A stretch of 64,000 nucleotides of DNA from Octopus vulgaris (GCA_951406725.2 OX597821.1:2294001-2358000), one strand, 5' to 3'. Shown: positions 1 to 14,210, counted from the first letter of the stretch. Notes: generated by a model from the letters alone, not told the origin. Numbers and translations are program-made.

Positions 1-445
1 GGTTACCAGGTTACCATATTAAGATGGCTTCTATACTTTACATTATCGAGCGATTACTGTTTACATCTCATTGTGGGATTTAATAATGCTTACAGTCAGT
101 TTTTCGAAATCAGTGGCAGACGTCACTAGAAAAACTCTTATATATTTGCAAAGCAGCCTTGTCTTTCATCGCGACCTGGTGGTTACCGCCCGTTGATAAG
201 GGACAATAATCCCGAAACTAGTCCGTGCGTATCACTTAGACTTGCGAGAAAGGGATGGCCTCCCTTTGCAAATACATCAAGGGCACTGAAATGGTGTCTA
301 AAGCCAGCTGGAGACGACGATCTCCTGGGGCTATAGAGCTACAGTAACACCCCCTCCCCTATGTGGTTAGCCATATTAAGATGGCTTCTATACTTTACAT
401 TATCGAGCGATTACTGTTTACATCTCATTCTGAGATTTAATAATG

Positions 446-448
<3 letters not shown>
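1..448 (+). mobile_element. HHR-bearing partial tandem element (357-bp period), Penelope-like/retrozyme-like, ending in (TA)n
   Basis: 14-89 recurs at 371-446 as a near-identical direct repeat. The HHR lies between the copies and the 3' end abuts (TA)n. Confidence 0.6.
187..229 (+). ncRNA. Minimal type I hammerhead ribozyme, U3-A8 covariant core
   Basis: cgcccg-TTGATAA-ggga(caataa)tccc-GAA-ACTAGT-C-cgtgcg. Stem II is 4 bp, stem III is the palindrome ACTAGT, triplet GUC, stem I pairs 5/6. C3-G8 is replaced by U3-A8. Confidence 0.7.
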
Positions 449-499
<51 letters not shown>

Positions 500-501
<2 letters not shown>

Positions 502-830
502 CGCAGGAGTGGTTGTGTGTAAGCAGCTTGCTCACCAACCACATGGTTCCGGGTTCAGTCCCAATGCGTACCACCTTGGGCAGGTGTCTTCTACTATAAC
601 CTCCGGCCGACCAAAGCCTTGTGAGTGGATTTGGTAGACGGAAACTGAAAGAAGCCTGTCATATAACTAAATGATGCTGGTATGTTTAGGTCTCCGTAAC
701 TCAGCTATTCTACAAAAGCAACCGATAGAACAATGACTAGGCTTACAAAGAATAAGTCCTGGGGTCTATTTGCTCGACTAAAGGCGATGCTCCAGCACGA
801 CCACAATCAAATGACTGAAACACGAAGAAG
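500..830 (+). mobile_element. tRNA-derived SINE family 1
   Basis: Head ggcgcaggagtggttgtgtg...ggttcagtccc (A/B-box-like) and body ccttgggcaggtgtcttctact...gagtggatttggtagacggaaactgaaagaagcc, which recurs many times in the window. Confidence 0.85.
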
Positions 831-1910
831 AAACATATATATATATAAACGTATGCGAATGGCTGCGTGTAGGTGTATATATATATATATGTCAGATCTG
901 CGTTTGCTCCACCAACGCTTAACAGTTTTGGTTCATCAACGTCCCCGTATCTTACTGGCTATAGATAACAACAGAAGAAGGACCATACTTATTAAATCAG
1001 TCCTTTGTTTTATTCGTTTGGGTAAACCATTCGTAACGGTGCCCTTGTGTGGCCGCTGGACAAAATTTTACGGAAACGAGCAAAATATAAACTAAAACAA
1101 TTTATTTTTTATTTGTATCTGAGAAAAAATAATCGAGATTACGATTCAATGTTCTCCCGTAACACAATTTGCTCGTTAACACTGCAGACACAGGTCTCAT
1201 AGATGCTATTAATTATTATCATCATCTACTGACCCGTACACTAAAATGCTAAAAACAAACATATGCCAGATCAAAATCTTCACCTCTAAAAACGGTTTTA
1301 AATATGCATGAAAGATCTGTTAACAACACCAGTCCGTCTCTTTTAGTTTTACTATACATATACATGGCAGCCATTTCGAAAAGAATAAAACAACAAAAAG
1401 TAGTAAAAGAAAATGTATATAGCTGTTCGTTCGGGAAGACGGAGGAATGGCAATAATCTACAATTCAACATAAAATTCCTTATCACATTTTCCATTCATT
1501 TGTTTAAACAAGTGAGGCATAACTTTAATCTGCACGATATGTATGTACACACACGGAGACAGAAGCATAAAAAAATACAAACTACAAGAACCTCACACAC
1601 ATTCACGTTCTCAAAACTCATACATAAATTTAGTGTAACAAGAGCACACGGACACACATCTATAGTCATATATGTACAGCTATATATTATATATGTATGC
1701 ATGTATATACATATATATAAATATATGTATGCATATATATAGATATATGCATGTAAGTATATGCACATATGTAAGAAGATATGAGGGCATAATAAATATG
1801 TACATATATAGGAATATATGCATATATATGAATATATAGATATACATATACATGCATATAAATATATATATATGTGTATATATATATAAATATATTTATG
1901 CACACATATA

Positions 1911-1955
<45 letters not shown>

Positions 1956-2869
1956 ATATACATATATATGTGTGTGCACATATGTATGTATATATTTGCA
2001 TTTTTATATATGCTTATATATATATATATGTATTTGTGTGTGAGTGTGTGATATAGCCATCATCTGAAAACTAATAGCTTTGGAAAACTAAAGAACGTAT
2101 ACGAAACAAAAAAATATGGATGTTCTATTTAGCTATTTGTACATTTTTCTTGTCACGCTAATATTCAGTAAACCAGGAATAACAACACTGAAATAACTCG
2201 AGTTACGCGCTATAAGTTATAGATATATTTTTAGAACGTCAGGATAACACTTATCAACCAATATATTGGGATTCATTTTGCAAGACAAATGGCGTTAATA
2301 TCATGAGAGCCGGAATATGAGATATAATAATCGTAGAGTGAAACAACCACTTGTGTTTTAAGCATATGGGAATGCAAGCAAGTTTGTGTAATCGCGCAGA
2401 AAACCCTATGATAAATAAATACATTGAGAAGGAGAGAGAAAAAATAATAATAATAAAAAAAAGCAGAAATGCGTTTTGAGTATGAAGGAATATATTTAAG
2501 TACGCGGGTGGAATGAGATGACAGCAATTTGGATGATGTGAAGAAGGGAGGAAAAATAACTATTTTTACCTCGTTGGTGGATTGCTTGGGGCGTGAGTTT
2601 GACAGAAATACTGGAACCATCTAGATGATGCCATGCGGAATGTATTTTCGTTAATTATTCTTCTGCTTTCAAATCCCACCGTCGTCGCCTGTTTATTTAT
2701 TTATTTACTCATTTATTTATTACCAGGGTCGTCGATAATATCCGGAACTAATGAAGTAGTTGAGTTCGATGTAATTCCATTTTGGATCCTTTACCGAATC
2801 TTATAGACTTGTGATTGTGTAAGAGAGTTAATCAGTAATTTAAATCGGATTTAAACGAAAGCAAATATC

Positions 2870-2905
2870 GTGATACTCGCCATCATCACCATCATCATCA
2901 TCATG

Positions 2906-2950
<45 letters not shown>

Positions 2951-3420
2951 TTTATTATCATTATCATTATGATCATCATCATCATCGTCATCACCATCAT
3001 CATCATCATCACCACAATCAACATTATCTTCATTATCTACATGGTTATTATCATCATCATTATCATCATCATCATTATCATCATCATCATCGTCATCACC
3101 ATCATCATCATTATCGCCACAATCAACATTATCTTCATTATCTACATGGTTATCATCAACATCATCATCATCATCATCATCATCACCATCATTATCGCCA
3201 CAATCAACATTATCTTCATTATCTACATGGTTATTATCCTCAACATCATCATCATCATCAACGTCATCATTATCCTCCTCATAACCATCGCCATCGTCAC
3301 CATCATCATTTTCATCCTCCTAATTTTCCTACATTTCCTCCTTATCTTTATCATCATCGTCCGTCGTCGACGTTGTCCTCCTCGTCGTCTCCATTATCAT
3401 CATCAACCTCATCTTCAAAA
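2870..3420. repeat. (ATC)n microsatellite with higher-order repeat
   Basis: Long catcat tract. The motif ccacaatcaacattatcttcattatctacatggttat occurs three times (about 3010, 3117, 3198). Confidence 0.9.
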
Positions 3421-3585
3421 ACAACAAAGCAACTGTGTTGTTATCAAACTTATCATTAACATAAGAAGCAAATCCAGCCAGCTCAAGACAGAAAGCTAGC
3501 AAAGAAAGAATATATTTGATAATGCAATATGTTCTAGACCTAGAAAAATGTATTCTGCAGAAAACAATTGCATGGGTATTTAGGT

Positions 3586-3983
3586 ACTCTTTTACTCATT
3601 TTACTTGTTTCAGCCGTTTGTCTACGGCCATGCTGGAGCAAATCGACCACAGGACTTATTCTTCGTAAGCCTAGTACTTATTTTATCAGTCCCTTTTACC
3701 GAACCGCTAAGTTACGGGGGCGTAATCACACCAGCATCGGTTGTCAAGCGATGTTGCGGAGACAAACACAGACACACACCCCCACACATACACCCCCCCC
3801 ACACATATATATATATATATATATACTACGGGCTTCTTTTAGTTTCCATATACCAAATCCACTCACAAGGCTTTGGTCAACCCAAAGTAGAACACACTTG
3901 CCCAAGGTACCTCGTAGAGGGACTGAACCCGGGAACCATGTTGTTGGTAAGCAAGCTACTTACCACACAGCCACTCCTGCACC
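3586..3983 (-). mobile_element. SINE family 1, full length
   Basis: Reverse complement of the 500-830 and 8240-8632 family, with an internal (CA)/(TA) tract. Confidence 0.85.
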
Positions 3984-4196
3984 TATAAGTACTTTAACTT
4001 ACTTTGAAATGAATTAAATGGTTGGGAGTGGTGTAAATAGTAATGATAAAAATGAATAAAGTGAGAGAGCTTTATATTTTACAGCCAAAAGTAATACATT
4101 TAATAACGATTTGTGTCTGTTCCACGTAACTTAAAAAAAAGCTTCATTGATCGACAAATGTATCGAGCCGGATCAAGCTGTTAATAAATAAATATA

Positions 4197-5476
4197 CAGG
4201 GTGAGGCGGCGAGGACGAACATTTTTGAAAAATTCACACAATCATAAATTTTAGCTGAAGTTTTATTGACATCAATGTGTTCGTATTAAAATAGCATTTA
4301 TAAAAATCAAGTGTGTAAAACAACATCCATCATGTGGTGTCCATTTTTGTTGATGAAATTCTGAAGGTGTTCTTGGAATTTCTCAAGGTGTTGGCTTCCA
4401 CTCTCTCCAGCATTGTTCTGTGGATTTGGATGACTTCCACGCAAATAGCTTCTTAGAAAGGGTCTAATGTACGGGGCCTGTGTGCATACACACGTGCCTT
4501 GAGGTTTTCCCGTAAATCTGGTAATTAGAAGGTCACAGAAAAGAGGGGAAAAACGTCCATTAATGCTCTGGTTGTGTGGGCTGTCGCCCCATCCTGCTGA
4601 AAGCACACACTTTGAATAGACGTACGTTTTCGTCGTAATTCAGGCACCCAGAAGTTGTTTATCATATCGATATAACGATCGGACTTCACAGTAACAGCAT
4701 TTCCATTATTGCCTTCAAAAAAGTAAGGGCCAATAACGGCGGCTTTCCCAAAAGCACACCAGACCATTACTTTTGTACTGTACATTGGTCTTTCGTGCAA
4801 TTCTCTCGGGTTTTCAAGAGCCTAATAACAACAGTACTGATCATTCATCATGACATTGAGAGGAAAATGATTTTCATGAACTCATTAAAAAAATTAGGTT
4901 GTCATTTGCCTAAAAATTGCTTCCATCTGACGTGCGAAGTGAAGCCGCTGTGCATAGTCCCATGGTTTCAACTCTTGCCCAATGACCAATTTGTACAGGT
5001 GGAAATGAAGGTCTCCATGCAAAATATACCTTACTAATTGATTACCAATGCCAAGTTCAGTGGAATGCCTCTGAACAGAGAGGTTTGAACTCCATATCAA
5101 AGCTTGGCTGAAGTGTTCCACATTTTCCAGGGTTTGTACCATTCATAGCGCCCGTACCAGTTTCCTATTCATTAGCGTACCTTGTGTACAAAGTGCATTC
5201 ACCCAACATAAGATTGTGTTACGGGTGGGAACAGCCTGATGTCAGTGAATGTTGGAGTGACGCCGAATCTCACGCTGAACTGCGGTGACCGACTCGCTAT
5301 TCTTCATGTAACTGATGCTTTCACGTCCACACGTGATGCTTTCCCGTCCACAGCGCCATGGTAAGAAAAAAATATGACAAGACACCGCAGACCGAATGGT
5401 ACCTGTCGAAATGTACCTCCCACTGAGGCTGAGTAGTAGCCATTTCAAAAACGTCCGTCCTCTCTGCTTCACCCAG
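4197..5476 (-). mobile_element. Decayed Tc1/mariner DNA transposon with both TIRs
   Basis: TIR cagggtgaggcggcgaggacgaacatttttgaaa matches the reverse complement of tttcaaaaacgtccgtcctctctgcttcacccag, with TA at both ends. Frameshifted transposase: KVMVWCAFGKAAVIGPYFF...FQQDGATAHT, N-terminal SVTAVQREIRR. Confidence 0.9.
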
Positions 5477-5559
5477 TATGTAAATTCTTTCAAATAAGAT
5501 CAGTAATATTCCCTTAGGTTTGTCACGCGTACTGACTTTCATTGTTTTCTGATGCAGTG

Positions 5560-5977
5560 TTTTATATATCAGACATGTTCCGAGTTTCAGCCCTACTGTA
5601 TGGGTACCGTGGGTAGTTGCAGGTAACTTCGTGAGCAGTCATCGAAAAGCTTGTTGTGCATTTTGTTGGAGAATTAAGTTCCTGGATTTTCCTGAAGAGA
5701 AAGCTGCATAATGGACTCCTTATTCACTCGGAATTAGGGACTTTGCAGACTTCGAAACATATGTCGAAAATAAAATAAAGGAATTTTGTTAAATCTTCGT
5801 TCAGCTCCATTCTTTCCAATACTTAATATATAAAACTTCAAATTTGCGCACTAAGGCACCGATTTTATACCCTATGGTCGTAACTTCAACCGTGCCTTTT
5901 CTGTTGTGAGTTTGCTACCCAGGTATCGGTTATCTTTCGAATTATCCGTAATACGATAATTCATTTGTCTACTTAAA

Positions 5978-5981
<4 letters not shown>
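5560..5981 (+). mobile_element. Family A HHR element (Penelope-like, non-coding), 3' end in (TA)n
   Basis: Shares the HHR plus downstream motifs (cttcgttcagctccat; ctac..ggtatcggtt; gataattcatt) with 19925-20400 and 57813-59240. The 5' boundary is approximate. Confidence 0.7.
5686..5771 (+). ncRNA. Type I hammerhead ribozyme, canonical core, long stem II (family A)
   Basis: ATTTTC-CTGAAGA-[GAAAGCTGCA...TGCAGACTTC, 55 nt]-GAA-ACATATGT-C-GAAAAT. Stem I is 6 bp, stem III is palindromic, triplet GUC. Confidence 0.9.
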
Positions 5982-6040
<59 letters not shown>

Positions 6041-6044
<4 letters not shown>

Positions 6045-6420
6045 GCTGGCTGCCCCCTCGTCATCGAGTATGGCCATTGCACGAAGCTTAATCAATGTTG
6101 TTATCGTGCAAAATCTGTGCTAGAAGATTTTGTTTTAAAGTGAGGAAAGGCTGTGCACTGAGTCAATCCCACTCACTAAGCAACAGCAGTCCTAATCCGA
6201 AAAGAAGAACACGTTAACATCATCGGTAACCACTGAGCCACAGATTTTATGTCGGAGTTATCCCAGTTACCTGAGTTACCTCCTCCTAGGATGCCCTAAC
6301 GAAGGCTAGGAGTCCTTCACTCCCAATGGTTTAACCGCGCGATCGGGTATTCAGTCCGACTATTTCTACGTTCTCGCGCATGATACAGCCTTAAGACATT
6401 TGTTGGATAGCCGTTGACAT
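6041..6420 (-). mobile_element. Short non-autonomous RTE-type element (5'UTR-like part plus 3' tail)
   Basis: The minus strand has RTE 5'UTR-like segments (ctcctagccttcgttagggcatcctaggaggagg; gcacagcctttcctcactttaaaac). Its tail caatggccatactcgatgacgaggggg resembles the tails at 9410-9425 and about 26690. Confidence 0.45.
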
Positions 6421-6846
6421 GTAAACTACTGAAAATATCATGATATTGTGTACACTTATATACCCTTTGATACGCAAATGGTATTAGGAATCATGCATAT
6501 TAACCGTATCAGGTATCGCAATTGGTATCAGGAATCGTGCCTATTAACGAATATATATCATATTAAATTAGTAAAAAGATTTGTCGTTTTCAAGTGTATT
6601 AGAAACTAACAAAAATCGGTGGAAAGAACTGTTGTGATATCTTTTAAAAACGAAATTTGCATCTCATCCCTTTTATCAATCATAAATGAAGAAGCGCGTT
6701 GGAAAATATTTCTCTTTTATTGAACAAAATTTCAAGTGAAATAATATAATATAATGTAATATAATAAAATATGACACCATATCAACTATCATATAGATAA
6801 TCTCTATCTATCTATCTATTTATCTATCTATTTATATATCTGTCCA

Positions 6847-6880
<34 letters not shown>

Positions 6881-7006
6881 CATACATATATATACACATA
6901 CATATATATATATATACATATATAAATGCATATATCTATATATGCATAAATATGTATATGTGTATATATATGTATATATATATATATATATATACAGATA
7001 TATACA

Positions 7007-7080
<74 letters not shown>

Positions 7081-8239
7081 CATATTTATGCATATATATA
7101 TATAAATCTTGATGGTAACACATTGTATTGTAAATTGTATGCATTACACGTCTGAATATGTTTGAGAAAGATACGTTTCCCAATTTATCTTCGTCTCCTT
7201 CTACTGCTCCTCATCAAATTTATAAAAGCCGATGTGTAAGAACGCATAGAGTAGGAAATTGTATACGAAACTATATTTTAATATTAAACTGCTACTTGTT
7301 ATTTCGAACATGATTGATGCCGTGATTGGCGAAATAAATATTATGAAAATTCTTTGACGACATGGTATGATATATTTGAAATTAATTCTGGCTAGAATTC
7401 TTAAGAAATTCATTTCACGAAATTGTTATTTAAACTGAATGATATCAATAATGAAGGAAGAAGGAGAAGAAGGTAGCATAATCATAAAGATGTCATCTTA
7501 AATTATTTGCAACTGCTTCGAATACCGTAATATCTATCGAATGACATCTCCAATCGCTATGATAACTTCGGTGTTTATTTGAGAAATAGGAAATTGAAAA
7601 GCCGACATTTCTCTATTGTCTAAAACAATAAAATTTATAATAAATTTCACTTATTTAACAATGTATTAAATATTTTACTCCAAACTTAAGACATTCATTT
7701 TAGTGATATATCTTATTTCTTGAATTCTATTCTCTGTAATGAATGTCCATCATCCGTATGCGATAAACACACTGATGATTTTGAAAGTTTCTCTGATAAA
7801 TGTTTTAAGTTAGGAAGTATTTCTATATACACAAAGAATCGCAGATGAGATATAGCAAGTTACTTGATAATATCTGAAAAATAACCAATAAGCGATCCCC
7901 TATACAACTACATTTCCTCAAGTGACCGATATCAAATTAGTCCAAAATTGTACCCTATTGTTTATATAGAAGACAAAACTCATACAGACAAAAAAAATCC
8001 ATCCAGTGAATAAATAAATTACAACTATGTTAATCTAGAGAGGAATATCCGTAATTGCATTTGTTGTCATTCAGAGACAGCCTGGCGCCGAACGAACCCG
8101 GCAGCAGCACGTGACAATGCCATTGCAAAAAGATAAAGTTCTGAGAAGAGGAATTGAGGTGGAGTATGATGTTGGAAGTATGTTATTGGTCATGAACATG
8201 AGTTAGTGGGATATCACAATCGCATAAAATTATTTTTTT

Positions 8240-8632
8240 GGAGTGGCTGTGTGGTAAGTAGCTTGCTTACCAACCACATGGTTCCGGGTTCAGTCCCACT
8301 GCGAGGCACCTTGTGTAAGTGTCTTCTACTAAAGCCTCGGGCCGGTCAAAGCCTTGCGAGTGGATTTGGTAGACGGAAACTGAAAGAAGCCCGTCGTATA
8401 TATGTATATACATGTATGCGTGTGTATATGTTTGTGTGTCTATGTTTGTCCCACCAACATCGCTTGACAACCGATGCTGGTATGCTTGCGTCTCTGTAAC
8501 TTAGCGGTTCCGCAAAAGAGACCGATAGAATAAGAACTAGGCTTACAAATAATAAGTTCTGGAGTCGATTTGCTCAACTAAAGGCGTTGCTGCAGCATGA
8601 AATGGCTGAAACAAGTAAAAGAGTAAAAGAGT
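8240..8632 (+). mobile_element. SINE family 1
   Basis: Same head, body and gagtaaaa tail as the other copies. Confidence 0.85.
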
Positions 8633-9277
8633 CATTTCGCTTCATATGACTTCGCTATACATTATTGTTGTTTCGCTTCGTGTCATTCCTCATTGATTCT
8701 TACGAACATTAGGCCTGTGGAAATATCGTCAAAATTTTCGAAATATACTGCATCTAATTCCACATTATAAACTCATTGAAAAAATTTCCAGATACTTTTA
8801 CACACGTGTAATTTTGTTTTTCCGTTGGATCAGTATATGCGAGGTTAGTCTATCCGTAATGAAATTCACAAGTAGAATCACCACGTGACAGTTTTCTAAA
8901 AGAGCCGATCTTGAATTACTGGGGCGATCATTCTATAGACTTCTGTAAATCTTTCTCTAAGAAATCTTTGAGTCGTTCTGAATTACACTTAGATGACCCT
9001 TTGCCGAAATGCTGCGAAATGAGATGGAAGGGGGAACTTTGTGACTGGAGAGTCTGTTTGTTAAATTTTAGGTTATATCGTGTGTATGACATACACAGGT
9101 CATTCAGCTGCTATTTTCAGAAAAGAGGTGGGGGGGAGCATAGAAGCATTTAAAAAAAAATTTCCTTTAAAACGTATGAAATAAGTTTATATATCATCGG
9201 TATCCTGGATCATTTCATAAGGGATAACTTCCATAGCGACATATGCATGGCAACACATTCGCTCTAATCACCTAATT

Positions 9278-9440
9278 GCCTATCCTTGGCTAACATCGGT
9301 AGCATGGAGAGAGGAGGCTAGAATACATGGATGACTGCTAGTCTTCCATAAACAATTTTGCCCGTACTTGTGCCTAGGTGGGGAATTTCTAGGTAGAATA
9401 GCAAGGTCATTCATGACCGAAGGGTGTCTTTATCCTTTTA
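9278..9440 (+). mobile_element. 5'-truncated copy of the tRNA-Met-like SINE
   Basis: Highly similar to 21124-21286. Confidence 0.75.
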
Positions 9441-9637
9441 TATGTACACGTATGCACTTCTTACATGCATGAGGATGAGAGAGAATATTACAATATCTAT
9501 CAAACACTCCCGCGCGAAGACTCACACACATACACAAGCACACGCGTATATCTACCTATCTATCTATCGAACTACATATCGATCTATCTATATCTATGTA
9601 GCTATCTATCTAACTATATCTATCTATCTATCTATCC

Positions 9638-9673
<36 letters not shown>

Positions 9674-9708
9674 CTCTCTCTCTCTTTCTCACTCTGTCTC
9701 TCTCTGTC

Positions 9709-9759
<51 letters not shown>

Positions 9760-9899
9760 CATGTCGCTGAAGTATCTGTGGCTTTTACATCACATGAGGA
9801 TATATGGCGTTATATTTTATGATAGATATTGCACAACAAAAATATTTGGATATAATGTTACTTGATATTGATTACTACAACTTTCCCTGGGAATGACAA

Positions 9900-10163
9900 A
9901 CATACATACGTGCTTATACACACAGATGTATATGCATATGTACAAATACATATATGTATATGTATATCTTTGTAGGTGTGCATATGTGGGTATGCGTGTG
10001 TGTGTATGCATATATGAATATGTACATATACATATATGTATGTGTCTATCTTTATAGGTGCATATATATGTGTGTATGTGCGTGTGATTGTATATATGTA
10101 TATGTACGTATACATATATGTATATGTTTATTATATAGGTGTATACATGTGTGTATGTGTGTG

Positions 10164-10213
<50 letters not shown>

Positions 10214-10496
10214 TATATGTATATGTATATCTACATATATGTATATGTATATTTTTATAGGTGCATATATGTTTGTATGCGTGCTTCTGTAAGTATATAT
10301 GTATATGCATACCTTCAAAGGTGTATAAATGCGTGTATGCTTGTGTTTTTATATAGATATGTATATGTACATATGCATATATGTATATGTCTAAGTTTAT
10401 AGGTGTATATATGTGTATATGCGTGTGTGTATATGAATATATGTATATGTACATATACATATATGTATATCTATATAGGTGTATATACACACACAC

Positions 10497-10528
<32 letters not shown>

Positions 10529-10600
10529 ATGTGCAGCTATACATGTGTGTATATATATATAGATATATATAGATTTATATGTGTATAAATATCTGTGTAT
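9900..10600. repeat. Microsatellite-derived minisatellite
   Basis: A recurring (t)ataggtg anchor appears about 7 times at 60-120 bp spacing within (TA)/(TG) sequence. Confidence 0.7.
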
Positions 10601-10633
10601 GTGTGTGTGAGTGTTTGTGCGTGAAAATATATA

Positions 10634-10689
<56 letters not shown>

Positions 10690-11262
10690 CACTCACACAC
10701 TCATACATAGATATATCTTCCTTTTATTTCCAAATTTCTCCTGCAATCATAGATCTTGCTATGTTACCTAGCTAAAAGTCGTTGCCAGGTCGTCAACTTT
10801 ACAATGTTTCTCTGACAAAGCAAAAAATCTGTATTTTAGGAAAGATTTATTCCTGCAAAGATAAAAGTGTCATGCTTGACTAGACGGAGATGAATATCAG
10901 CGAAGCAGAACATGTGTCAACTAATTCCTCTCTGCCTTTCATTTTTCACTCTCTCTACTCTCTCTTGCTTTCATCGATTTCTTTTATTTTTCCTTCTTTG
11001 TTTTCCTTTTTATTTGTTTCTTTATATTTTCACTTCATTTTCCTCTTTTACTATACGTTGTTTCTCGATAGACAAGGAAGATACTGCTTTCTTTTTTTTC
11101 ATCTTTCTCTCCTTCTCTTTCATTTTCGACTATTCCCCCCCTCTTTCTCTCACACACGCACTCGTGTACACATGATATTTATATATGTATTTGTGCTAAA
11201 ATATTCAAACAAATACTCATACAGAGTAACGTGTATATGCACAGGTAAGTATATTATATATG

Positions 11263-11304
<42 letters not shown>

Positions 11305-11360
11305 TATATGTATGTATATACATATGTAAATATATATATCTATATCTCTCTCTCACTCTG

Positions 11361-11398
<38 letters not shown>

Positions 11399-11683
11399 TA
11401 TATTTCCCCCATTGCTATAATTTTTGATGATTTTTCATCAGTTCACCACACACACGCACACATATACATGTGTGTATTTGTATGTTTGTATGTATCTGTA
11501 TGTGCGTTTATGCGTGTGTGTTTGTGTGTCTGTGTGTATGTGATTCTCCATGTATATATTTCTGGGCTCTGAAACTCAGACTATTCTGTAATCGCACAAG
11601 GAACACAATTACACATCATCTGCCAATTGAATCTAATACTCTTTCTTATACATACACATGCAGACACAAGTAGATACATGCCC

Positions 11684-11766
<83 letters not shown>

Positions 11767-12038
11767 GATATATATGTATGTAGATATATACACATATAAA
11801 AATTAATAGGTATATATATATATATATATATATGTATCCGTATATGCATATGTATACACACATACATATATAAAATATATACAAACACACTCATATATAT
11901 ATATATATATAATGTACATATACATATATATATATGTACATAGTTGTCCATGTCTACCATCATCATAAGTTCCATTATTAACGTTAAAATTGCTTTTATG
12001 TATGTACGTATGTATGTATGTATTTATGTATGTATATA

Positions 12039-12082
<44 letters not shown>

Positions 12083-12936
12083 TACAAATGTTGATGATGG
12101 TTGTGATGTGAACGACAGTATATATATATATATATATATATATATACTGTCGTCCACATCACAACCATCATCATCAATTGTATTATCGTTCACTTTAATA
12201 TCACTGATTTTCTTGTCTTTTATTCAATTTCCGTGGCCATATTTTCTCTCTGTTTTTTTTTTCCGCAACCTTCAGGATTTTATTGATATTGAAGCTTGTA
12301 TAATAAATTGATACTATATCATCTTTGTACTTGTTATTGATTTTTGATAACTATCAAATACATGTCACATTGTAGCACACAATATTATAGATTTCAGTCA
12401 CGTAAATCAAAAGAACAAAAAGAGCGAAAAAGAAAAAAAATACGGAATTGAATTAAAACAAACTCTGCAAAAAAAGATCGATCTTTAATTTGAAGATGTT
12501 GTGGTCATTTAAGTTTGTTGTTTAACCCAATTCTTTAAATATTTTCTGGTGCCATTTCTATAGTGTAATTCTACGTAAGTCGAAACGTGAAAATTACGTG
12601 GTTAAATAGTTAAATTCGCTACAATGAAGACTCATGCTGGTTTCCGTTCCCTTATAATATTTTTGCAAATTCTTTCAAGTTTAGCTCGATGTAAAGCATG
12701 TTATTATATTTTCAGTAAAGTAATTGAGAATGTCTTATTTCTAGAGTATCTGCATTTCAGAAGCCTAACCCGGTAATAATCACATGTCACGATGGCCCAG
12801 TGTGACGCCTTTCTGGTTTACTGTATCAACCAATACCTAGTTAACCTGGTGTATGAAACTACCAGTTTAATCATCGGAAACCGACGGAGGATCCAACGTG
12901 TGTATTTGTTTCAATGTATTTCTGAATTTGCAGCGT

Positions 12937-12973
<37 letters not shown>

Positions 12974-12989
12974 ATACACAAACATACAT

Positions 12990-14210
12990 ACAGGTTGAGA
13001 ACATACCATTTTGGGGTCATGGCTGCATTTTTTGCTAATTCTGCATAATCTTTGTTTGAAAAAATAGTAATGGCAGACCTTCATCTTACTCAAGAAATGA
13101 AGAGGGATGCTGTTATTTTGGTTATAACGGCTGAGCATAGAGATTTAGAAATATCTCGAGTTTTAAAAGTTGCCAGATCTTTCGTTTATAAAGTTTGTAT
13201 GCAGCTAGAGATTGAAGATGGAAACTTATCACCAGTATCAAAGCACAAACCCATTCTAAACGCTCTGAAATATTCAGAACACCTGGATTTATATACCAAG
13301 GTCAACAGACCATCGGTTACAATTCCAGAAAGTCGATGCGGTCAAATGAAAAATATCTCTATGTGTCGAAAGTAACAGTCAGACATCAGATATAATACTT
13401 ATATGATAAGGAAAGGTCAATTTGTCAGTAAAAGTAAAAGAAAATCACTACATCAGATATATAAGTCTCTTAAACGAACTGAAATACCCGACAGAAGATA
13501 TGATTTGGCATTTTTTTTTCAAACAAGATCAAAAAGTTCACAGAAGAAATGACAGATATTTATGTGCAGACCCTTCTGAAGATCTAAGTGTTATGCATAC
13601 AAATGTTACTGCAAAAGTCATGCTTTTAGGGGTTGTCAGCGATTAAGGATACGTGATGCCTTCATATTTCTTTCCACAAGGCCTTAGAATTTAACTCTGC
13701 CGCCTACATTCAGGTCCTGGTAATAATTGTTAAGCCCTGGATATACAGTGTATGCAGTAGCAGGCTATATATGTTTCAGTAACACTCGGCACTATCACAC
13801 ATGGCTCTAGTAACACAGGAATGGATAGCTGAAGATTTTCATAATCACATAACCCCTAATATTTGGCCTCCTAATTCCCCAGTTCTCAATCTATTGGACT
13901 ATTACATGTGGAGCGTTGTTCAGAGAGAGGCCAATGAATACGCCTGTAACACCAAAGATTCTTTGAAAGCTGACATAGTCAGAGTAATGTCCAAAATGAA
14001 CCAGGACCATTTTATTCGAGCATGTAGATCATTTAGTTCTCATATAGAAGGAGTTGTTGAAACTGAAGGTGGCTTTATTGAATACCATTATAGAAAAGGC
14101 ATATTTTTATCCTCATAGCATTTTTTGATAAATAAAGCTATTATCTCTTATTATATATGTTTTTTATAAACATAAATCTGTCCTCAAATATTTTACGCAC
14201 CATGTCTATA
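12990..14210 (+). mobile_element. Decayed Tc1/mariner (maT-like) transposon
   Basis: Fragmented transposase: MKRDAVIL...EISRVLKVARSFVYKV; DQKVHRRNDRYL...KVMLLGVVS; TQEWIAEDF...WPPNSPVLNLLDYYMWS...EGGFIE. Confidence 0.9.

Noticed and set aside
7772-7792. CTGATGA-tttt-GAAA
   Set aside because: No stem II, III or I.
12780-12900. cgatg...catcg-gaaa-ccgacgg upstream of (TA)n
   Set aside because: Could be a decayed HHR, but CUGA and UH are missing.
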